Positions 25,811 to 35,919 of a stretch of DNA of 64,000 nucleotides are shown one piece after another. The stretch covers positions 95,914,001-95,978,000 of the forward strand of contig NC_043002.1 in NCBI RefSeq assembly GCF_006345805.1, in the 5' to 3' direction. The notes beneath the pieces were generated by a model. It searched no databases and had not been told where the DNA came from. It worked only from the letters and a program-made list of their open reading frames with translations. Position 1 is the first letter of the stretch. The number at the start of each line of letters is the position of its first letter. Both the position numbers and the translations under genes were made by a program. Source of the DNA: Octopus sinensis. Lineage: Eukaryota.

Positions 25811-26817
25811 TTATTTCACCAAAACCTGATTTGAAAAGGTTTCTAGAAAAATCCTTTTTTTATTGCATTTGTTTTATACTTTTTACAGTTATAATGGTAC
25901 TCTCAATATAAATAGATTCAATAAAACTTTTGAATTCAAAGAATCTATGATTTTCTTCCTTTCAGATCAAGGGGGTAACCTCAGCATAAATAAATATATT
26001 TTGAGATAATTGGTTAAAAACGTTCCTGATTTCCTGTTCTAAATCATGACCAGTTGTTGCTGGGATGCACCTGAAAGTTGCAAGTCCTGAGAAGACTGTG
26101 ACGTGGTGGTTTATCTATCAACAACTCTTGAGTAATAATGTCCATAGTGTAGGAATTAAAAGTGCTGCTACTAAACTAGTTAAGCATACAGGCATCAATA
26201 ATTTCAAAGTTAGTGATACAGTAGTTTAGAAATTATCATGGAACCAGTACTAAAATTATCCATCATCAACCTTAAATGCTCATTTATCATACTTAGAATT
26301 TTAACAGGATCTGACAAGTCACAGAGCTGCATCAAGCCCCAATAACAGCTATGCCATGGATTCTATGGCTAGATGCCTTTCCTAATGCCAACCACATTCT
26401 AGCATGTACTGGGTGCATTTTTCGTAACATTAACAATGTAGCTTGTGAGATAAAGAAAAGAGAAAAGCTCCCTCAACTGAATTGGAAAGCATTTGAGAGA
26501 GTGGGGTAGCTTTATGCCAGGATTTGAAGGCTAAAGCATGATAGAGGGACAACTGCAGGTGCTTTGTTATAGAAGAGAAACATGGTTACCCAGTATTATG
26601 TGAGGGTGGAAGAGGGTAGCGGTAAGGGAGATAAAGTTGGTGATGGTGATGGGGTGCCAGAGCACAATGCTGAAATTAAAAAGCTAATTTTTTATATTTT
26701 TACATACTGTGTAATGTTAAATACTCTTATAAAATATATACTTGTCTTGTTATACGACTTTTACAGAATTTTCAGTAATATTGTTATTGTGTATCCTGCT
26801 CAATGTACAATGTATGT

Positions 26818-27118
26818 GATCACGTGACCGACCAGACCATCAGATGTTGTTACACATCGCTGGTCACAATGCGTTCACATTGTTTTAGCCTTCGAATGAC
26901 GCCACTCCACTGGCTAAGCGAGCAGGCCAACAGAAGAAAGAGTGGGAGAAAGTTGTGGTGAAAGAGTACAGCAGGGATCACCACCCCCTGCCGGAGCCTC
27001 ATGGAGCTTTTAGGTGTGTTCGCTCAATAAACACTCACAACACCCGGTCTGGGAATCGAAACCGCGATCCTGCGACCGCGAGTCCGCTGTCCTAACCACT
27101 AGGCCATTGCGCCTCCAC
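26818..27118 (-). mobile_element. tRNA-derived SINE, head A + tail 2, 11-bp TSD
   Basis: Same head; tail ends GGTCACGTGATCAC; TSD ACAATGTATGT at 26807-26817 and 27119-27129. Plus-strand sibling at about 12622-12930. Confidence 0.88.
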
Positions 27119-28017
27119 ACAATGTATGTATTTCCAATATTATATACATATCAATTTTAACCCTACATAACTCAGACAATCAACTGCAACAGATATCCTT
27201 TTAATCTGACTGGCACATTTTAATGAGAGTGTATTCTAGTGCCTTCCAGCCTTTAAACTTGTTTAACATTCACATTATTCAGTCAAATAAAATAATAATA
27301 AATGTGCCCTTTTAAAGCCTAGCCAGGCACATGGGCCCGTTTTCCCAGTTTTGATGGTGTATGTGTTCCCCAGCTGGATGGGACACCAGTCCATCGCAGC
27401 ATTACTCATTTTTGCCAGCTGAGTGGACTGGAACAATGTGAAATGAAGTGTTTTGCTCAAGAACACAATGCGTCGCCCGGTCCAGGAATTGAAACCACAA
27501 TCTTATGATCATGATGTTGACACCCTAACCACTAAGCCACGCACCTCCACTTTTGTCAAATATAATGCTTTATTATTCAATTGTTTTATATTAACCATGC
27601 ATTATCTCATAGCTTTGAAATTTTGATGATGTGATTGTTTATTTTTAGAATGATCTAGTAGGGTAGATACGAGAAGTCAGATCTGGTCAGTTTGAACATA
27701 AAACAAGTAGAATATTTTGGTTGGATATGGACAGTTTATATGCTAAAGGGTTAAAGAAAACAGTAAGTTTGTTTTACTAAAAATAAACAAAAATAAATAT
27801 ACATATTTTTTTCAAATATGAATTAGAAGCAGCTCAGGTTATATAAACAAAATTTAGGTGTAGGAGCGGCTGTGTGGGAAGTAACTAGCTTACGAACCAC
27901 ATGGTTCCAGGTTCAGTCCCACTGCGTGGCATCTTGGGCAAGTGTCTTCTACTATGGCCTCGGGCCGACCAAAGCCTTGTGAGTGGATTTGGTAGACGAA
28001 AACTGAAAGAAGTCCGT

Positions 28018-28049
<32 letters not shown>

Positions 28050-29027
28050 AGTGTATATGTTTGTGTGTTTTGTTTGTTCCCCCAACATCACTTGACAACC
28101 GATGCTGGTGTGTTTACGTCCCCATAACTTAGCTGTTTGGCAAAAGAGACCGATAGGATAAGTACTAGGCTTACAAAGAATAAGTCCTGGGGTCAATGTG
28201 CTCGACTAAAGGTGGTGCTCCAGCATGGCCACAGTCAAATGACTGAAACAAGTAAAAGAGTATACATTTTTTTTAGAAATTAAACAATGTAAATTTGTTG
28301 ACTAGATCACATGTGAGAGAAAAGTAACTCAAAGTAAGTAATTCATGCTAATCTTTATTCTATAAATGGGAAATATAGACAATACATTCTGATGTCAAGC
28401 AATTTCATGACATGCCTGTATAACTTCAAGACACATTAGAGTGCTGTGAAACAGGTACTGTTCTATGGTTATGGACATCTATATATAACTTAATAGTTAC
28501 ATACAGATTTTATTACTATTAAACATTCTATCTGAAATTCACTGACTAAAGAGGTCAGAGTATTTTTAAAATACTTGTTGCTATTAATGAACTTCAAACT
28601 TTTTCCTGAATCATTGTTTTATATTTTTCCTGAATACACCAACTATATATGATTTTGTTGTGGTTGAGTGGTAAGAAGTTTACTTCCCAACCATATGGTT
28701 CTGGGTCCAGTCCCATTGTGAGACACCTTGGGCAAATGTCTACTACAGCACTTGGCCAACAAAGCCTTGTGAGTGGATTTGGTAAATGGAAACCGAAGGA
28801 AGCCCATTGTATGTATATATACATATATATATATATTGATAAAAATGGTAAGATGACAAAAGAAAGAAAGAGACCTTGATATTATGCAAATAGAGGTATT
28901 TATCTGTGTGTGCAGTCAGTATATTAGAAATAGCAACCAAATCCCTGTCAGATCACACCATACTGTCTTGAGAAATAAAAAGACAAAATGTACAAAGTAA
29001 TTGTAGGCATACTTCTAAAATAGTGAA

Positions 29028-29360
29028 GGCGTGTGGCTCAGTGGTTAGAGCGTCGAGCTTACGATCATGAGGTTGTGAGCTCGAATCCCAGACTGGGCTG
29101 CGTGTTGTGTTCTTGAGCAAGACACTTTATTTCACGTTGCTCCAGTTCACTCAGCTGCAGAAATGAGTTCCGATGTCACTGGTGCCAAGCTGTATCGGCC
29201 TTTGCCTTTCCCTTGGATGACATCGGTGGCGTGGAGAGGGGAGGCTGGTATGCATGGGCGACTACTGGTCTTCCATAAAAAACCTGGCCCAGACATGTGG
29301 CTTTGAGGGTAACTCTCTAGGTGCAAGCCCATGGTCAGTGTCATGACCGAAGGGGATCAC
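29028..29360 (+). mobile_element. tRNA-derived SINE with CORE-like centre (head C) + tail 4
   Basis: GTGTGGCTCAGTGGTTAG...GCTCGAATCCC head; TTGAGCAAGACACTTTATTTCACGTTGCTCCAGTTCACTCAGCTG centre. Inverted siblings at about 30125-30450 and 61730-62060. Confidence 0.82.
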
Positions 29361-30031
29361 ACACACTTCTAAAACGATAATGGTCAATATGAGAATATCT
29401 TTGATCATAAGTCTGTCAGGGCTGACTGGAACTAAACAACGGCAGAAACGATCAGATTTTGTGATGAGGCAAAATCCTGTTTTGGAATGCAGCCTTAGCT
29501 ATTTTATAGATATGCTTATTTGGCAGATGTACAATTTGAAATGTCTTGAATGCCTATGTGTAGGTGTGATGACTGCACTATCTGTATCAGTTTAATGTGC
29601 TTGAAAAGACATGACAAGTAAAATTGTGGCTGTCCATGCATACTGGCATGTCCTCTACATCTCTCTATCAGCCAAGAGATTCTAGTCTTGCAGGCTCATG
29701 GGGGCTGGTGCCATGTAAAAGCACCTAAACTGACTAGTGCCATAAACAGACTAGTGTCAGTTGCAAACAGTGGTGAGAGATGAACACATACACACATAAC
29801 TACCTACCTATTTACCTGCCTGCCTGTCTATGTATGTCTGTATACACACACACACACACACATCACAAATGTCCAATGAATAGGAATGAAACACCGAGTA
29901 ACAGTTTTGTGAAGATTTTGCAGCTTTAATAAAAGCATATTACTCTACCTTAGAGTATTATTTTTTTCCACTTTGTTTTGCATTTATGTGCTTACTCATG
30001 TGTGTGTGTGTGTGCATATATATATCTTATA

Positions 30032-30125
30032 TCTTTATATATAAAAGTGAAGTTGTGTGTCTGTCTCCTACGATTTAGATTCCTAACTACTCCCACATTT
30101 TGCGGTGCAGTTTAACCAAAACCGG
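30032..30125 (+). mobile_element. Probable 5' end of a non-autonomous Helitron, truncated by a SINE
   Basis: A|TCTTTATATATAAAAGTGAAGTTGTGTGTCTGTC is a typical Helitron-N 5' terminus; no 3' end seen. Confidence 0.4.
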
Positions 30126-31849
30126 GGTCATGGATGATCATGGGATTGCACCTAGAAAGTTACCCTCTGAAGTACAAGTCCGAGTAAGATTGTTTATAGA
30201 AGACCAGCAGTCGCCCATGCATACCAGCCTCCTCTCTCCATGCCACTGATGTTATCCAAGGGAAAGGTAAATACTGATACAGCTTGGCACCAGAGACATC
30301 GCAACTCATTTCTACAACTGAGTGAACAGGAGCAACATGAAATAAAGTGTCTTGCTCAAGAACACAACACAGAGCCTGGTCCAGGAATCAAACTCACTAT
30401 CTCATGATTGCGAGCCCAATACTCCAACTACTGAGCCATGCATCTTCACTGCACAGATAATGGCTCCTATGTAACAAAACTTCATAAAGATTAACCTTTG
30501 CAACACTTGAAGCTTTTATCTTTATTTTATATCATGCATTTTGTCAAAAATGTCATCATTTATTATACATTTTACAATGGGCTAGTCCCTGTTTACTGCA
30601 TTTCCAATAGTGAGAGTGACAAAGAACTGTTTGTAGAAGTAGGTCCACTTTTTTGTCCACGTGTGTCCAAGAAAGAGAGAGAGAGAGACATACACACACA
30701 CAATTGACTTTCACACAATTTCCATCCACCAAACTTCAATCACAAGACAATAGTGAACCAAAGACCATGATTGAAGACACTTCCGCATGATGCCACAAAG
30801 TCGGATTGAAACTGGAATCACATATTTGTAAAACAAACATCTTAACTTCACAGCCATATCTTTATCTCCCCATACACTCAAGATGATATTTATGTGCTTG
30901 CAGACTTACAGATCACACAGTCTATACAATCGCAAATTGTCTCTAGCACCTTTGCAGTACACTAGAAACATAGGTTAGGGTCCGTTAAAGGCTAACTATA
31001 TAGTTAATCTTTTACTTGTTTCAGTCATTTGACTGTGGCCATGCTGGAGCACCGCCTTTAGTTGACCAAATCAACCCCAGGACTTATTCTTTGCAAGCCT
31101 AGTACTTATTCTATCAGTCTCTTTTGCCAAACCGCTAAGTTACGGGGACGTAAACACACCAGCATCGCTTGCCAAGCGATGTGGGGGGGGGACAAACACA
31201 GACACACACACATATATATATATATACACATACATACGACGGGCTTCTTTCAATTTCTGTCTACCAAATCCACTCACAAGGCTTTGGTCGGCCCGAGGCT
31301 ATAGTAGAAGACACTTGCCCAAGGTTCCACGCAGTGGGACTGAACGCGGAACCATGGGGTTTGTTAGCAAGCTACTTACCACACAGCCACTCCCACACCT
31401 ATATAGGGTGTAGATATGGGGCGTGCATGGGTAGATAAAAATATGGCTATAAAGTTAAGATGTTTGTTTCACAACTATGTGATTCCAGTTTCAATCCCAC
31501 TTTATATATTATTGAGAGATACAAATTCCATTCTATTTATTCAGTCCAATACAACAGACTTCTTCAAACATTCTCTCAAATATTATTTGAATCTTTTTAT
31601 TTAAAGAAACCAGGTTGTTGCTTTTGTTCTCTAATCTCAGATCAATTTTGATCAAGCAGATTAAAAAGTATTTCATTTGCGACCATCCTGCCTTTTTTAT
31701 AGACATAATATATCTTGGATCATATTTTAAAGTTACTAAAAATGATAGACCACCACACAGTAAGATTATGTATCATAACCCCACATATTGTTGTATAGAG
31801 AAACTGTATACCTCTCCTGGTAAAAAGTGGTAGGAGACAGCCATTATGA

Positions 31850-33430
31850 ATAGACCATTACCTGGTAGTTGAGAGTCAAGAGTCAACAGTTCTAGTTCGT
31901 GTCTTGTAGAGCTATTAGCAATAGTAAAACAAAAGTTATTGTATTACTATTCTGGTTCAAAGAGATACAACGGTATCTGATGACAAGTAACTACTGTGGT
32001 TACTAGCATAAAATAGCAACTACAGTACAACGGCAGTCACACATCACCCCAGTGGGAAGAACCCACTTTACAACACACATATAACATTTTAGCAATAACA
32101 CAAAGACTAGGATTCCATCTGAGGATCTTTGATTAGTTACTGACCCACTTATAAGCTTTAGTAAGATCCACATTTGAATACAGTTCATATCTATGGAATG
32201 GTGCTGCTGCACAAAACCTTCCTAGGTTGTATCTTTAAAAAGCTATTTGAGTGATTGGCAAAGATTTACTAGCAAGCTGGACATACTGTCTCCTAGATGT
32301 GCTGTTTCATCTATTTTTTTCTTGTACAACAACTGCAATGGCTTCTGCTCTTCTGAGCTAACTAGCTACTTGCCTTCTGCACTCAGAGCCATTCAACACA
32401 TCTGCTTCTCCCATCCATCTCTAATCATTCTGTATCATATCCAACACTCTTGTTGTCTTTCCATTTTTGTGCTACTTTATGGCCTTGACAATCTCTCTTA
32501 GCATTGGAATCTCATCCAGTTGTGTTTTCTCTTGCTGTCATGATATATGATGCATTCCTAAGTCATGGGCCATATGGACAATGCTGAGGAAAGTCAGCAA
32601 ATATTCTGACTTTCAATTCAGGATGGATGCCTTATCTGTGAAAATTGCCTAACCATTTGCATAAAGCAAGGGACTCTGAATATTCAAAGCCTCATAAAAT
32701 CTTCTGTAGTCACTGGTACCTGTGCAAAACAGAGTTCTTTCTGTGAGATTGGTCCACATTCTGAATCTCTTGAAAATAGTGCTAGAAATTTCTGCACACA
32801 AGGCATAAGGTTGCTTGCTTTTTGAGACAAGAGAGCCTAAAGGAAGGTGAGTCTGGTGAGTGAATCTCTTCTCAACCAACATATTCTGGTCATTTTCATT
32901 GAACTAATCCTTATTTTTCTTTATGGAAAATCTAGGTCTGCTTCAGAAGACTGCATTATGGTGTTTTCTAAGTTTTCCCTCAGCACTTTTGAAGCAGGAT
33001 CTATAGGTGAGTCAGGATCTTCATGCTTTAATTGAAGATTCACCTTGAAGTTAACTTTCACTTCAGCAGACTGGAAGCTACCAGCTTGAAATGCTTTCCT
33101 CAAGACTCCTTTCTTTGGCTTGAGTTTGAAACAGAGACTCAGTTTGTAGTGGGAAGGATGTTGGTCCGCACCACACTGAGCATTACTGAGGAGAATAAAG
33201 TGTTTAAAAAATCTTTCTGGCACACCAAAATATAGCCCATGAGCTACCAATGCTTGGACCAAGGATGCCGGCTGTCTTGATGGTGGAAAATGTTGATGGT
33301 TGAGAATTGCTTCTCCACTCAAAACTCTAATACAAATTCTCCACCAGCCTACACCTACCTGCAACACCACCAGTGAGGCATAGTTGAAGACAGTCCACCA
33401 GTTCAATTACCTGTAAGGCAAACTTTCCAC
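31850..33430 (-). mobile_element. RTE/BovB-like LINE relic (end of APE endonuclease through RT N-terminus)
   Basis: NAQCGADQH..KLSLCFKLKPKK..QAGSFQSAEVK / KKNKD*FNEN / WTNLTERT..TSDYRRFYEAL..QSPLLYANG / VDLTKAY; multiple stops. Explains the 161-aa ORF 32921-33406. Confidence 0.78.
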
Positions 33431-34189
33431 TAGCCACAGTGACAATGAGAGACTGAAGAAAAGCTACATACTAAATGTGAAAGTTATAATAATAGTAAAC
33501 GAAGTCTGAGACCAAAAATCTATAGAGCATAATACTATTGTGTAATATTTGTGCCTTTTCTAGTGTTAGAGGTATAGGGGAGTATGAGTCAACGAGTCTC
33601 TACAGCAGGTATGGGGAATTATTTACTAAGAGAACAAATTGCTTAAGGACCGGTGGACATGAACATCTACTGGTCCTTATGCAGATGCAATTTGTGCTGA
33701 GGAAAATAATGAATCGTTAATTTTACAAATTCATAACTATGAAACTTATGTCAAATTATTGTTTTGGCCGTTAGGCTTAGATCGTTTTTATTCGCTTATT
33801 TATTTTCATAAATGTTTTTAGAGAGTGAGAGGGCCGAAGAGTCAAAAACATGTCCCTATTTGTCGGGTCCCACAAAGAAAAAGCTAAAACGTCACCGTGT
33901 ACTTGAATTTTAAGAGAGTTCCTTTCCCCACTTTCTAAATCCGAAAAGTCTTGAAGCGGGGGCTTTTCTTTTGGTAACATAGTCTCTCGACCAGCTAGAA
34001 ATAGTAGTCAAGTTTGCCTCAAAAGACACGCTATCTACAACTTACTTATGAAAGATATGCACATTAGATAATGTAGTTTCAGATATGCATTGCACAAGAG
34101 AAAACTGGGATGGTCAAAGTTGGAACGCCCTTGATCATAGATCAGCCTAGTCAGGGATAACCTGGGGTTAAACAACATCAATGAAAGAC

Positions 34190-34495
34190 TGGCACTCCGT
34201 CGGTTACGACGAGTTTCCAGTTGGTCCGATCAACGGAACAGCTTGCTCGTGAAATTAACGTGCAAGTGACTGAGCATTTCACAAACACGCGTACCCTTAA
34301 CGTAGTTCTCGGGGCGATTCAAACAGGGATGATCCTTTGAATTACAGTTACAAGCCATTTTGACCAGCTGAGTGAACTGGAGTAACGTGAAACAAAGTGT
34401 CTTGCACAAGGACACGGCGCACCGCCAGGAATCGAACTGATGACCATACAAACGGGAGCAGAATATCCTAACCACCTCAGCCATGCGCCTTCACA
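34190..34495 (-). mobile_element. CORE-like SINE (head C) + tail 1
   Basis: Centre of the 29028 family joined to the same tail as 4180 (CCCGAGAACTACGTTAAGGGTAC...CGTAACCGACGGAGTGC). Sibling at about 58375-58695. Confidence 0.8.
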
Positions 34496-35241
34496 AACAA
34501 CAGCAATAACCCCCTAGTGCACAAACACATTATTCTATATCTTTTATCGTTACTTTTGCGGTTGCAACCCCTCTGAACTGGCAAGGTTAACCCCCCCACT
34601 TTCGTTGCTCCTATTTGTGCCTTATTCACCAAATTTAGCATTCATTACTTTTCCCAATCCTTCAAATTCTCACAATTGGAACCGCTGCAATTTACGCCCA
34701 GCTCATATTTCCCTACGGACATTATTACAGCGATTTCACCGATCAGAGAGAAAGCCGGCAAAGGTTTTAAGCATCGATCTTTGTCCTCCAGCATCTGAAT
34801 GATAGATGAGATAGATAATTAAATAGCCTATATGCGGTTAGAAGTAACAGCTAAGCTTGTTCCAAAACATACCCTACCGTCTTTACAAAAAAGAAGTGGG
34901 GGAAAAACAGATAATGTAGTTTTGTACGTATTATATTCGGTAAATATTTTGATCGTAATTAATTATGGGGCTAAATAATAACAATAGCAAATTATAATAG
35001 TTAGAAACTGAATTCGTCAACAACGAAAACACAACGAATTTCATCTTTACAAACTGTTCTCCGATTTCATTTAACTATTAACTTATTATGAGGGAGAAAA
35101 CTAAAAGATGTGTAACTTTATAAAACGACAAAAATACTTAAATATCCATGCACGTGTTAGTACAAATTGTCAACTATTATAACCTAAACACAAGTTTATA
35201 ATTTCAGTGTGAATATCTGGTATTAATATAATTCAATATAC

Positions 35242-35341
35242 CTCGTAACAGTGACATATGAGGTGCTTTAAATAAATCCTTAATTCCAAGGAAATGTCTT
35301 TGTATAATGTTGTCAAGTGACATCAAACAATTCCTTATCAT
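35242..35341 (-). CDS. NDUFAF7: NDUFAF7 coding exon 1 (putative mitochondrial presequence, MIRNCLMSLDNIIQRHFLGIKDLFKAPHMSLLR)
   Basis: ATG at 35341; 33 codons + 1 nt, then donor GAG|GTATAT. Phase 1 joins exactly to the phase-1 acceptor at 22841, giving ...SLLR-V-SRASK. Basic/hydrophobic composition fits a presequence. An in-frame upstream ATG exists at 35431, so the true start is uncertain. Confidence 0.72.
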
Positions 35342-35778
35342 ACTTTCCCTCTTAATTGTCGAAATCCTTTCATAACGTTGACCTTCGTTTCGGTGGTGTG
35401 CATTAGGCCACGTACTCCTTAAACGATACATAAACCGTACATTTCGGCGAAAAAAATGCTATTTACACATCTAAGTTATTAATTCAAATATAATTAGCAT
35501 ATACGTCTTTATTTTTAATAATTGTAAATAATATTATTGCTTCGTAGTTAGTTAATTAAGTGTATTTTTAATGGAACTATTTTTCCTCTGCGTGAGATTT
35601 TCCGTTTGCTGTTGTCAGTTTCAAAGCTACTCAGATAAATAACAATCAACATGGTATTATTGAAAGGAGTTTTCTTGGCGTCGGAACCGTTTTTTCACTG
35701 ATCTGAGGTGGAAAGAGATAAAAAAACAAACAAAATTTTATTGATTTGTCAAAATATTAATTGTCATCCTTGTAAACT
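35342..35778. promoter_or_regulatory. Shared bidirectional promoter and 5' UTRs of NDUFAF7 and ERO1
   Basis: 437 nt between divergent start codons; CpGs visibly retained; Inr-like TCAGTT at 35615-35620; GCCACGTA at 35407-35414; near-palindromic TTTCGGCGAAA at 35442-35452. Confidence 0.8.
35651..35701 (+). promoter_or_regulatory. Upstream ORF (MVLLKGVFLASEPFFH*) in the presumed ERO1 5' UTR
   Basis: ATG in strong Kozak context AACATGG, 16 codons + TGA, ending 77 nt before the ERO1 ATG with no other ATG between. Depends on the TSS lying upstream of 35651. Confidence 0.5.
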
Positions 35779-35919
35779 ATGAAGAATTATATTGTTCTAG
35801 TAAGCTGCTATCAGATATTTATTTTAATATATCTGATAGAACTTCCAAATGCAAAAGGTAATATTACTGGAAAAAATGTTCAAGGAAAAAAAGATGCTGC
35901 CGAAGGATGCTTCTGCAAG
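35779..35919 (+). CDS. ERO1: ERO1 coding exon 1 (signal peptide MKNYIVLVSCYQIFILIYLIELPNAKG...AAEGCFCK)
   Basis: ATG in AACTATGA context; hydrophobic signal-like N-terminus; ends in CFCK then AAG|GTAAAA, as vertebrate ERO1 exon 1 ends in CFCQ; 141 nt. Confidence 0.9.

Noticed and set aside
26099-26106. Perfect UPRE TGACGTGG
   Set aside because: About 10 kb from the promoter in repeat debris; one 8-mer in 64 kb is expected by chance.
32921-33406. 161-aa ORF as a nested host gene
   Set aside because: It is the open stretch of an RTE/BovB-like LINE relic, with stops and frameshifts on both sides.
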